Shown: positions 28,407-36,879 of the stretch, one piece after another
Position numbering within the stretch: position 1 is the stretch's first letter
Layout: the number at the start of each line of letters is the position of its first letter
IMG/VR virus record: IMGVR_UViG_3300050119_000104
Location: 53,460-117,459 of that record
Strand: one strand, 5' to 3'
DNA length: 64,000 bases
Origin: a virus
Notes under the pieces: model-generated
The model's database searches: none
Told to the model about the DNA's origin: nothing
The model's input: only the letters and a program-made list of their open reading frames with translations
Position numbers and translations under genes: made by a program

Positions 28407-29330
28407 ATGGAAACCGGAGACACCATTCTCGTCACTGGCGCGTTCGGCCTCGTTGGGTCTGCCGTCGTCGAACATCTCGAAGCATCGGGCTTTCGGTATG
28501 TAGTCAGTCTTGCGCATTGCGATCTACGAGACCCGACCAGGACCCTCGCCGCATTCCGAGACGTTCAGCCAGCTTATATTTTCCATGCCGCCGCTCGCGT
28601 GTACGGCATTCTTGGCAACATGAATAATCAAGGGAAATCCTATCTGGAAAATACTTTGATCAATACCAATGTCATCGAAGCCGCGCGTTACGTCGGCGTC
28701 AAAAAGATCACTGTCATGGGCACGAATGCGGTCTATCCGTTCCCACCGGTCCTGCCATTCAAAGAGGACACCATTTTCGATGGTCGGCCACACTCATCCG
28801 AGAGCGGATATGCACACGCCAAGCGTGGTATGCTGGCAATGCTGGAAGCCTACCAGGAAAGCTACGGTATCGATTGGGCCTACATCGTTTCATGCAATCT
28901 CTACGGGCCGCGCGACAAATTCGATCCAGTTAACGGTCATGTTATCCCCGCACTCATTCGGAATTTTTACGAAGCGTCCTTGACGGGTAAGCCAGTTGTA
29001 GTGTGGGGCGATGGATCGGCGCACCGCAATTTCCTGTACGTCAAGGATTTGGCCCGCATCGTGTTGCTCATCATGAACGGGATACGAAATCAAGCAATTA
29101 ATGTCGGCGACGGAACTGTGCATAGTATTCGTGAGGTGGTTGATACGTTATCTGTAATCGCCGGATATACAGATATCCGATGGGATGCGACCAAGCCGAA
29201 TGGGCAAGCATACCGCGCCGCCGACCTGAGTCGCCTCGATGCGACCGGCTTCAAATGTCAGTATTCGCTCGAACAAGGTTTGCGCGAGACCTGGGACTGG
29301 TACTACCAGGAAGCCTTGACACACCCGTAA
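28407..29330 (+). CDS. fcl: GDP-L-fucose synthase (NAD-dependent epimerase/reductase)
   Basis: GAFGLVGS, YAHAKR, NLYGPRDKFD...HVIPALI and WGDGS..RNFLYV.D motifs. Confidence 0.9.
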   Translation: METGDTILVTGAFGLVGSAVVEHLEASGFRYVVSLAHCDLRDPTRTLAAFRDVQPAYIFHAAARVYGILGNMNNQGKSYLENTLINTNVIEAARYVGVKKITVMGTNAVYPFPPVLPFKEDTIFDGRPHSSESGYAHAKRGMLAMLEAYQESYGIDWAYIVSCNLYGPRDKFDPVNGHVIPALIRNFYEASLTGKPVVVWGDGSAHRNFLYVKDLARIVLLIMNGIRNQAINVGDGTVHSIREVVDTLSVIAGYTDIRWDATKPNGQAYRAADLSRLDATGFKCQYSLEQGLRETWDWYYQEALTHP

Positions 29331-29410
29331 AAATCTGGCATTTAGGCTCGATCACGTGCAAGCTTTCCGCCCGGCGTGAATGACAATTTACGTCGGGCGG
29401 TTTTCCTTTC

Positions 29411-29486
29411 GGGGCCATAGCTCAGTTGGTAGAGCGCCTGTTTTGCAAGCAGGATGTCGGTGGTTCAAATCCATCTGGCTCCACCA
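29411..29486 (+). tRNA. tRNA-Ala(UGC)
   Basis: Full cloverleaf, G3:U70 pair, anticodon TGC, GGTTCAAATCC T-arm, encoded CCA. Confidence 0.95.
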
Positions 29487-29512
29487 AATTTAACGAAGTG
29501 AGTAAACATCAA

Positions 29513-29755
29513 ATGAAAAACCCAAAGCTTGTCTATGTCGAGTTCTTGGATCATGGATCGTCAATTGGTTGGCGTTCCGATAACGAGGTTGATATTGAGA
29601 CTCCCGCCATAAACCTTTGTTTTGCAGTCGGCTGGATTGTTGCCGAAAACAAAAAAGTGCTGTGTCTTGGTTCATTTCGCTCCGACAATAAGGACTCGCA
29701 GGTTCGGCAGTACATTCTAAAAAGTTGCATTACTAAACGGCGTCAGTTGCGATGA
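29513..29755 (+). CDS. Hypothetical protein
   Basis: LVYVEFLDH...C.AVGWIV motif seen in small phage proteins. Confidence 0.55.
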   Translation: MKNPKLVYVEFLDHGSSIGWRSDNEVDIETPAINLCFAVGWIVAENKKVLCLGSFRSDNKDSQVRQYILKSCITKRRQLR

Positions 29756-29834
29756 CAAACCTAACCCCTAAATCAACCTTGCATCTGCCTCCCCCCTATG
29801 CTAAAGACCTGCCCTTACGGGAGGGCTATACCCC

Positions 29835-29982
29835 ATGACAATGCGCTATTTATTTTGGACGATCATCCTTCTCCAGTGGCTACAGCGGCATCAATCATGT
29901 CTACCTAGGCGGCAGTCTGATCCTCTACGTCCTCATCGGATTGCTCGGATGGAAAACCTACGGTAAGCCCATCGAGGGCTAA
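29835..29982 (+). pseudogene. Frameshifted small membrane protein
   Basis: Starts MTMRYLFWTIILL, continues in another frame as ...GGSLILYVLIGLLGWKTYGKPIEG*; 148 nt is not a multiple of 3. Confidence 0.45.
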
Positions 29983-30068
29983 TCGAAAATCGAGCGTCCC
30001 CCGCTCGATTTTGTACACAAACTTCGGACAACGCATATGACTTCGGTGTACCAGCAACAATGCATCGT

Positions 30069-30142
30069 GGCCCTGTCGTTTAATGGCAGGACGCGGCGCT
30101 TTGACCGCCGAGACGTGAGGTCGAGACTCACCGGGGCTTCCA
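30069..30142 (+). tRNA. tRNA-Gln(UUG), atypical
   Basis: Anticodon arm CGGCG-CTTTGAC-CGCCG and encoded CCA. G1.U72, U73 and T-loop GTCGAGA deviate from the canonical form. Confidence 0.75.
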
Positions 30143-30184
30143 ACTACGGCTTTACGCCGCCCGCGCCAGCGCGGTAGGGCGCAT

Positions 30185-30260
30185 CAGGGCGTAGCTCAGT
30201 TGGTAGAGTACCGGACCCGGACTCCGGGGGTCGTCAGTTCAAGTCTGACCGCCCTGACTA
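30185..30260 (+). tRNA. tRNA-Pro(CGG), atypical or decaying
   Basis: C1-G72/A73 acceptor and CCGGA-CCCGGAC-TCCGG anticodon arm; C33, A37, and the gene ends in CTA. Confidence 0.7.
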
Positions 30261-30278
30261 AACATCGAGGGGAATGTC

Positions 30279-30653
30279 GTGGCGGACCTTGAGTCAATCA
30301 AGACGGCCGATCAACCGGCGGTATCGGTCAGCGTTCCTGCTGGCTCGCTACCTAATGAGCCCGCCATAGCTATAGTAACGCCCGAGCCGCCGCCGATTAC
30401 CGCGCTCTCAAAAATCACCCCGGTAGCCTGCGCCAAATTTTTCGATATCTACGCGACACCATCCTGGCGCTTCGCCCATAAGATGTGGTCGGTGCGTATT
30501 GCGATATTTTGGGCAATCTTCGGCGGTCTTTGGGTTGCTGTTCCCGCATTTCAAAATTACCTTCCGCCATTTTATTTCGCGTGCGTTTGCGTCGGCATGT
30601 CACTCGCAATTTGCTTCGCACGACTCACCAATCAACCAGGATTACCCGGATGA
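30279..30653 (+). CDS. Holin-like membrane protein
   Basis: Two predicted TM helices (WSVRIAIFWAIFGGLW; FACVCVGMSLAICFARL) upstream of the endolysin. Confidence 0.65.
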   Translation: MADLESIKTADQPAVSVSVPAGSLPNEPAIAIVTPEPPPITALSKITPVACAKFFDIYATPSWRFAHKMWSVRIAIFWAIFGGLWVAVPAFQNYLPPFYFACVCVGMSLAICFARLTNQPGLPG

Positions 30654-30892
30654 TCAGAAAGAAGCGGCGGCCAACGCCGATACCGACGCCGACGCCAGTG
30701 TGGAAATCACCTGTCACGTGGCTCTCAGCAGTTACCGGCGGTAGCGGAGCATTCAGCGCAGTTGCGGCCGATCCAACCGTGACGACCTTACTTCACAATC
30801 CAGTTTCGTGGATTGGGTTCTCGACGATTGTTCTCGCAGGATCAGTTGCATATTTTCATTGGCGTGACCACTCGCCGCCGCATAGTTGGTAG
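30650..30892 (+). CDS. Small membrane protein in the lysis cassette
   Basis: ATGA overlap; hydrophobic segments. Confidence 0.5.
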   Translation: MIRKKRRPTPIPTPTPVWKSPVTWLSAVTGGSGAFSAVAADPTVTTLLHNPVSWIGFSTIVLAGSVAYFHWRDHSPPHSW

Positions 30893-30901
30893 GAAAAACT
30901 C

Positions 30902-31468
30902 ATGAGCATATTCAGCCTGCCTGCGCCGTCTGCACGCCAGAAAACCGGATGGGCCGCAGCGGCGATCCTCACTGTCACCATGTGTGCCAGCTTCGAAGGC
31001 TACGCCAAGCACCCATATGTGGATTACGTCGGACGCGGCCACCCAATAACGTGGTGCTTCGGTGAAACGAAAACCGATGGCCCTATCCCGAAAATGACTG
31101 CCACGTTTACCAGAGAACAATGCGACGAGCTTCTCAAAAAGAGCTTGGTCAAGTACAACATCGAAATCAACAAATATATTCACGTCGTAATGGGTGCGCA
31201 GACCGAAGCAGCCATGACAGACGCTGCTTATAATCTCGGGTCTGGCATATTCAAGCGTGGTTCAATGACGCGTTACCTGAATGCTGGCGGTGACTTCAAT
31301 GACGTTGTTGGGGCATCTCAATCAGTGGCGTACCGGCGGTATCATCCGCTCGCATGCCACGCGCTGCGCGCCTACAACCACGGCACTGTCCACGGGCGCT
31401 CTACAGTATTGCCTGGACTGACGCGCCGCCGCGCGGCCGAAGAAGCCCTCTGTAACCAGGACAATTGA
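30902..31468 (+). CDS. Endolysin, GH24 lysozyme with probable SAR N-terminus
   Basis: FEG(E)...YVD(D)...T.CFGET catalytic triad; DAAYNLG and GL.RRR..E motifs. Confidence 0.9.
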   Translation: MSIFSLPAPSARQKTGWAAAAILTVTMCASFEGYAKHPYVDYVGRGHPITWCFGETKTDGPIPKMTATFTREQCDELLKKSLVKYNIEINKYIHVVMGAQTEAAMTDAAYNLGSGIFKRGSMTRYLNAGGDFNDVVGASQSVAYRRYHPLACHALRAYNHGTVHGRSTVLPGLTRRRAAEEALCNQDN

Positions 31469-31511
31469 CCGCTCTGAAAAGTCCGCACATATCTCGTGAA
31501 CCTGCACATTT

Positions 31512-32729
31512 CTATGCCGCCACTTTGAAGTGTGTTTCATTTTCTTCCTGCTTCACAGAGCGGCGTTTCACGCGGGGCTTTCGCACCGCGCCAGAGCGCT
31601 GTTCTCCACAGGCTGTAACCGCAAAGCTCGCGGCCATCTTCTCAAGATTTCGTGCGGCATTCAGGTCGCGATCATGCGACGCGCCGCAGTCTTCGCAGGT
31701 CCAGGAGCGGACATCTAGGGGCATCGAGTCGTGTATCACGCCGCATTCGGAACAAGTCTTGCTCGACGGATAGAACCGATCAGCGGTAACGATCGTCGCA
31801 CCGTACCATTTCGCCTTGTATTCAAGCATTCGTCGGAACTCACCAAATCCGGCATCGGATATTGAACGCGCCAGATGGCCATTCCGGACCATGCCTTTGA
31901 CATGCAGGTCCTCGATGCCGATCCAGTCGAACTCGTGAACGAGGCGATGTGTCAGCTTGTGGTGGGCGTCGCACCGGACATTGACAATGCGAACGTGTAC
32001 CTTCGCCAGACGCGCCTTGGCTTTCCGCCAATTGACGCTGTGCCGGACCTTCCGGGCGAGCGCCTTGTTGGCGCGCCGGAGCCTCACCAGCGCGTTCTTA
32101 TGGGCCTTGGGGCCGGCGACCATCTCACCAGTCGAGAGTGCCGCCAGCGTCGTCACGCCGAGATCAATGCCGACTACGCGAGGAATTACAGGTCGCTCGA
32201 TCGGCTGGATATCAGTGTCGACCAGGACTGACACGAACCAGCGCCCGGCCGACTTGCTGATCGTTGCGCGCTTGAGTACGCCATCGAAGCGTACAGCCTC
32301 TCGCATCTTGATCCAGCCGATCACCGGCAGCTTGATACGCTTGCCTTCGGCGCGGAATGTCCCGGCTTCATTAGCGGCGCAGAACGAGGGTGTGGCCTTC
32401 GCTCTGCTTTTGAATCTGGGATAGCGGCCGTTGTGAGTGTTCGATTTGAAGTTGCGGAAGGCGATGCCAAGATCAATAATAGCCTCCTGCACGACACACT
32501 TGCCAACTTCACAGGCCCAAGGGAATTTTTCGCGTTTGGTGGCGTTGAACTGCTTCCGCAAACTGATTTCGGAGGGGAACGGCGTGCCGAAGAAGTACCA
32601 GTTTTGAGCCTGCTCTTTCCACGCACCCAGCGCCCAATTGTACGCGAAGCGCGCAGTCCCAGCGGCACGGGCAAGATATAGCTCTTGCTCCGCATTAGGG
32701 TTCAGCGCGACGCGGTGGGCAACTAGCAC
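31512..32729 (-). CDS. tnpB: TnpB RNA-guided nuclease, IS607-type, canonical RuvC D-E-D
   Basis: GIDLG, IGIEDL, SSKTCSECG..C..CG..HDRDLNAARNL motifs. Confidence 0.95.
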   Translation of the reverse strand: MLVAHRVALNPNAEQELYLARAAGTARFAYNWALGAWKEQAQNWYFFGTPFPSEISLRKQFNATKREKFPWACEVGKCVVQEAIIDLGIAFRNFKSNTHNGRYPRFKSRAKATPSFCAANEAGTFRAEGKRIKLPVIGWIKMREAVRFDGVLKRATISKSAGRWFVSVLVDTDIQPIERPVIPRVVGIDLGVTTLAALSTGEMVAGPKAHKNALVRLRRANKALARKVRHSVNWRKAKARLAKVHVRIVNVRCDAHHKLTHRLVHEFDWIGIEDLHVKGMVRNGHLARSISDAGFGEFRRMLEYKAKWYGATIVTADRFYPSSKTCSECGVIHDSMPLDVRSWTCEDCGASHDRDLNAARNLEKMAASFAVTACGEQRSGAVRKPRVKRRSVKQEENETHFKVAA

Positions 32730-32841
32730 GCGATTTCCTTTTTTACGGTATCCAGAAGCTTCTTCGTCTTGTGCGACCCCGAAGCGTGGTGATGGCGACG
32801 CCGAGCATTTCAGCTGCTAACCCTACTTTTATAAGCTTCAT
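32726..32841 (-). pseudogene. tnpA: Internally deleted IS607 tnpA (serine recombinase) remnant
   Basis: MKLIKVGLAAEMLGVAITTLR (MerR-like HTH start) is fused out of frame to GSHKTKKLLDTVKKEIAC (C-terminus). Confidence 0.75.
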
Positions 32842-32962
32842 AAGGAGAGATATAGGCGGATTTGTATATTATATATACCCCCAATTTAGCCGGTTGCGCT
32901 CGCGGGCGGGTTGTGGCAACACATAGCCGCCTATTCCCTCATCATACACAAAGGAGTCCCTG

Positions 32963-33394
32963 ATGTTTCACGTAGCTCTCGATGGTCTCTGGCTTGTCGG
33001 CGCGCTCGTCGCCGCCGCGCTAGTCGGCGTCTTTGTTTCCCAATACATCAAGGACAGTCTAAAGGGCGTCCCGTCCGCCCTGCGTACGGCTTTGTCGGCT
33101 ACCGAGTCAACCGCCCTCGCCGCGTTGAAAGAGGCAGAAGCAGCGGTCGTGAAAGAATTCGCCAAGAAAGTCTCTCCGGCGGCTACGGCTGCGGCTGCGA
33201 CCGTTCCCGTGATTGCGGTTTCATCGGTAGCCAAAGCTGTGACCCCGGCTCCGCTTGCAGTTCCAGTTCCGATTGCGTCGGCTGCGGCCGCTCCGGTCGT
33301 GGCGGCTCCGGTTGCAGTTCAAGCTCCCGGCGGCCCGGCCACATCGACTGTGGTTCAGGTTCCGACCGAAACGGCACCGGCCGTTAAAGTATAA
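32963..33394 (+). CDS. Ala/Val/Pro-rich membrane-anchored protein
   Basis: AAGGAG RBS; N-terminal TM segment. Confidence 0.6.
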   Translation: MFHVALDGLWLVGALVAAALVGVFVSQYIKDSLKGVPSALRTALSATESTALAALKEAEAAVVKEFAKKVSPAATAAAATVPVIAVSSVAKAVTPAPLAVPVPIASAAAAPVVAAPVAVQAPGGPATSTVVQVPTETAPAVKV

Positions 33395-33428
33395 CGCTCT
33401 AACTCTGGGGTTACAGGGGGGATGTGTT

Positions 33429-33737
33429 GTGTTTTTGATCAACGAATTTTTTGCGGGAGCCCTTGCGCTGGTATGGCATTGGGGCGCTGGCGTCGCGATC
33501 ATTATCCTGTTGCTCGCCGCTGCCTACTTCTCCCCACTCTATAAGAAATGGTTTCTCGGCGCGGCAGCAGTAGTCGCGCTGTGCTTGGCGTCTTACGGCG
33601 TCGGCATTGCTGATCAGGCCGCGCGGGCGAAAGCCCAGCAGCTAGTCGTGATCGAGCACGTAGATAAAGTTGTTGCAGGCACGAAAACCAAACGTGCCAT
33701 TGCGCGCAAGGACAAGTGGGACAGGAAAGATTATTGA
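33429..33737 (+). CDS. Probable i-spanin / Rz-like membrane protein
   Basis: GTG start at 33429; TM segments followed by a coiled C-terminus; lysis-region context. Confidence 0.45.
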   Translation: MFLINEFFAGALALVWHWGAGVAIIILLLAAAYFSPLYKKWFLGAAAVVALCLASYGVGIADQAARAKAQQLVVIEHVDKVVAGTKTKRAIARKDKWDRKDY

Positions 33738-33796
33738 CGCGCGTAAAGTATCATTTATTGATCCTTTTCGCAGTCGAAAAATAGGATATTTGGGAT

Positions 33797-34033
33797 ATGC
33801 GAAAATTCGCCCTTATCGTGACTTTGTGCATGTGTGCTGTACTGCTCGCCGACTGCGACGCGAGCGATCTGACTCCGGCGCAGACGACGGCGGTCTGCCA
33901 TGCGCTCATGGGCCCGATCCGTTACAATACCTACAACATCAAGAGTGGCCGTTATTCAGGTCACATCCTAGCCCTCGATCTAAAAGCCCGCAATCAAGTA
34001 GGACAGGGACTCCGATGCGCGCAGTATCGCTAA
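33797..34033 (+). CDS. Probable lipoprotein (o-spanin-like)
   Basis: MRKF + hydrophobic stretch + LLADC lipobox-like motif. Confidence 0.45.
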   Translation: MRKFALIVTLCMCAVLLADCDASDLTPAQTTAVCHALMGPIRYNTYNIKSGRYSGHILALDLKARNQVGQGLRCAQYR

Positions 34034-34444
34034 TTGACAAATGTTGGAGCTTGGCCTTTGCACTTCCTCTGGTCCTTGCTCTTGCTCCGTCCGCGTTTGC
34101 GGCTCACCATTACGCTACGCCGTTGCATCGTTGGAGTTGCGCCGACGTACCGTATTGGATTAGGAGCTACTCGCCATCAACGGTGGCCTCGACCGCAGCA
34201 AATATGGGCATGGCCCGTTGGGAAATCATTCGACTTCTAAAATGTCTACCGAAGCAGTGACCGTTTGGAAACGGGGAGTATGAGATGTCAACTTCAAAGC
34301 GAGTCGCCAATCAAGTATTCAAACAGAAGAAGTCTGAGCCCTCCTGCCTGATCGAAGCCGCCGTAGTCGGGTTCGAGCGCGTCATCAAAGATAGTCTTGC
34401 TCACATGACTCAGTACATCAACAAAATATCAGATAGGGTAGGCC

Positions 34445-34888
34445 ATGAGCAAAAGTGACGGCATCAAAGCCATCGCCGAACAGATGACGCTCCTTGATGA
34501 TGCGACAGTGAGGGCGACAGGAAAAGTTGATGCGTCGAGAATAGCTGCGTCGGATCAACTCGAAGCAACGGCGACAGCGGCAGCGATAAAGGTCGAAACG
34601 GCGGCGACAGCGGCGGCGATAAAGGTCGAAGCGGCGGCGTCAGCGGCGGCGGTAAGGATCGAAAAATCGGCGTCCGAAGCAGCAGCAAAGGTCGAAGCAG
34701 CGGCGACAATAGCGACAACAGCAGTGGCGGCGGCGGCGGCAGCGGCAATCGCGACGATAGCGGCAGCGGCAAAGACGGCTACCGCGACGGCGGATACAGC
34801 GGCAACAGCAGTAGCGGCAACGGCGTCAGACGCGGCAGCAGCAGTAGCAGCGACGGCGGCGGCAGCAGCGAAAGAAGTGGGCCATTAA
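34445..34888 (+). CDS. Ala-rich protein with 11-residue repeats
   Basis: ATAAAIKVETA/ATAAAIKVEAA/ASAAAVRIEKS/ASEAAAKVEAA, encoded by 33-bp units. Confidence 0.6.
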   Translation: MSKSDGIKAIAEQMTLLDDATVRATGKVDASRIAASDQLEATATAAAIKVETAATAAAIKVEAAASAAAVRIEKSASEAAAKVEAAATIATTAVAAAAAAAIATIAAAAKTATATADTAATAVAATASDAAAAVAATAAAAAKEVGH

Positions 34889-34889
34889 A

Positions 34890-35307
34890 ATGCTGTCCAC
34901 CCCCTCAAATATCGAACGTATTCGCGCGATTTCAGCGACGCTCAAAGACCTAGACTTGGCTTACCGCATTTTCGACGAGCTACCAGACGGCATTCTACTT
35001 GTTGACCGGAGCGGCATCATTCGGTTGGTCAACAAACAGAGCGAAGCGTTGTTCGGCTACACGCGCTTTGAGTTGGATGGTAGTCCTCTCAGCCTGCTAA
35101 TCCCCGAAACTTTGAAAGGGTTGCACGCCGAACACTTTCACGCGTACCTCGCGAACCCCGTCAAGCGACCAATGATGCCTACGGAAAAGCATGGACTCAA
35201 GCTGGTCGGAGTCCCGCAAGGACGGCTCAGAAATATCACTCGACATCAGCCTCACCCCCATCCAATCCCCCGAAGTATCTTTCGTGCTCGCAGTGATCAG
35301 AAGTTAA
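34890..35307 (+). pseudogene. Stand-alone PAS-domain protein with a single-base frameshift at ~35213
   Basis: ILLVDRSG.I.LVN.Q.E.LFGY...EL.G. The shifted frame gives RKDGSEISLDISLTPI...VLAVIRS*, the canonical PAS/PAC C-terminus. Confidence 0.75.
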
Positions 35308-35322
35308 GTGGGAGAAATAAAG

Positions 35323-35619
35323 ATGACCGGGGAACTTGACAACTGGTCGGAGTATCGTCGCCTCGTGCTCGCCGAACTTGATCGGCTGAATAAGGCTATC
35401 GAAGGTCTCGACAATAAAATCGACCAACGGGAGCGCGAGAACTCAGATAAAAACGCAAAGCGCGACCGCGAGAACGGGGATAAAGACGCGGTGCGAGATC
35501 GGGATTTGCTGACGCTCAAGCTCAAGGCGAGTATTTACGGCGCAATGTCGGGGGCTGTTTTCAGTGCCATCGTCGCGATCATTACGGCCCTATTCTATAA
35601 GTGGCCGATGAAATTGTAA
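35323..35619 (+). CDS. Coiled-coil protein with C-terminal TM helix (holin / XhlA-like)
   Basis: GGAG RBS; coiled coil followed by hydrophobic C-terminus. Confidence 0.55.
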   Translation: MTGELDNWSEYRRLVLAELDRLNKAIEGLDNKIDQRERENSDKNAKRDRENGDKDAVRDRDLLTLKLKASIYGAMSGAVFSAIVAIITALFYKWPMKL

Positions 35620-35662
35620 AATACAGGTTGCTCGATCCCGCGAACGCTGATAAGGTGATGCC

Positions 35663-36148
35663 ATGCTGTTAGATCACGAAATTGATCGACTCGCCGAACG
35701 GATCGCAGATCATCTGCGACCTATCTTCAAACAGGAGTTAAAACCCATGGTTGATGCAGTAGCAGACTTGACCGCAGCAGTGACGGCTACTCTCACTGAC
35801 GTATCTGGCCTCGTAGCTGCGCTCGAAGCGGACATCGCCTTGCTCGCGGCTACCCCCGCAAGCGATACGGTCGCGGTCGAGGCACAGGTCGCTCGATTGA
35901 CGGCAGGCAGCGCGGCAGCAGCCGCACTGCTCGCAACACTCGTTCCGGCTTCGCCCGTGGCGGCGCCGCTCTCCCCGGCTCCAGTTGGCGCAACCGGCGT
36001 CGGCGCATCTGGCGTTGCCGTATCTGGTGCAATCGGTGCATCCGGTGTAGGCGCGACTGGCGTAGGTACCGGCGTTGCCGGTGCTTCCGGTGGGACTGGC
36101 GCTTCCGGCGAAGCCGTCAGCACGGCGAATGCCGCGCTCAAGGCCTAA
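35663..36148 (+). CDS. Ala-rich protein with GAT/GAS repeats
   Basis: ORF follows a putative promoter at ~35628; collagen-like tail. Confidence 0.5.
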   Translation: MLLDHEIDRLAERIADHLRPIFKQELKPMVDAVADLTAAVTATLTDVSGLVAALEADIALLAATPASDTVAVEAQVARLTAGSAAAAALLATLVPASPVAAPLSPAPVGATGVGASGVAVSGAIGASGVGATGVGTGVAGASGGTGASGEAVSTANAALKA

Positions 36149-36175
36149 AGTTTCCCGGCAAGTACTACAGCAAAC

Positions 36176-36208
36176 GGGCGTCGCGTTTATTCGCGGCGCT
36201 CTTTTTTT
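36176..36208 (+). terminator. Rho-independent terminator ending the + strand block
   Basis: GGGCGTCGCG-loop-CGCGGCGCTC followed by T7, at the convergence point of the two gene blocks. Confidence 0.75.
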
Positions 36209-36304
36209 GTATGCAAAATTTGCCCTTCAAGGGCTAAAACGATATACAAAACTACTCTCGGGAATTGGCTGGAAGGGAACCGGCCGCCTGCTACTACCAC
36301 TGAG

Positions 36305-36616
36305 CTACCTTCCAAAATTTCTCTTTAAGCGCTGACGATGACTCGTTTCCTGACCGAGCGGCGAATTGTTGTAGCGATGCGCGCACTCCAATCCAAGCAC
36401 ACTTTGATCGTAACGACGCTTCGACTCTTTCCCGAGTACGCTTTTATGACTGCGACTATCAATCGCCCTTCCGTTCGGAGATTGCTTAAAAAGCCGCACG
36501 CACTCCATACAACCGTGACTGCTAACATAACGCTCGGTCACGTGACCGCGCGGGCATGGTCGTCCGGTGAAGTACCGTAAGAGTCCGCGAGCTTTCGCGG
36601 TGGCGCGCGAGATCAT
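36305..36616 (-). CDS. Endonuclease-like N-terminal Zn-finger protein (no nuclease domain seen)
   Basis: RYFTGRPCPRGH..ERYVS...C..C followed by Y..S..G.E repeats. Confidence 0.5.
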   Translation of the reverse strand: MISRATAKARGLLRYFTGRPCPRGHVTERYVSSHGCMECVRLFKQSPNGRAIDSRSHKSVLGKESKRRYDQSVLGLECAHRYNNSPLGQETSHRQRLKRNFGR

Positions 36617-36879
36617 TGTCGCTCTCGCCAAAGATAGTAGGCGATTTGCGCGAGCCATACCGTATTGATGAGTACGATACCGACGCCACCAACAAATGAG
36701 AACCATTGATCGAGCGCCGGGTAATAGAATAAATTCCAATAGCCCCACGCTGAAAAGAACGCGACTGGTATCCATGAGACGCCGCGCACGATTTTCTCAT
36801 GATAGAGTTTGCGCACCGAGAGCGCGATAAAAAATCCGCCCGCGCTCTTGAGGCAACCATTGATGAGATCAGGCGTCAT
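36613..36879 (-). CDS. PQ-loop-like small membrane protein
   Basis: KLYHEK.VRGVSW...FFSAWG.WNL.YYP motif. Confidence 0.6.
   Translation of the reverse strand: MTPDLINGCLKSAGGFFIALSVRKLYHEKIVRGVSWIPVAFFSAWGYWNLFYYPALDQWFSFVGGVGIVLINTVWLAQIAYYLWRERQ

Larger units (their letters stand above)
31471..32891 (-). mobile_element. Non-autonomous IS607-family element (tnpB intact, tnpA internally deleted)
   Basis: CC/GG dinucleotide at both junctions (TGACC|GCTCTG ... TTTAGCC|GGTTGC), AT-rich left end, IS607-type tnpB and a serine recombinase remnant. Confidence 0.8.
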
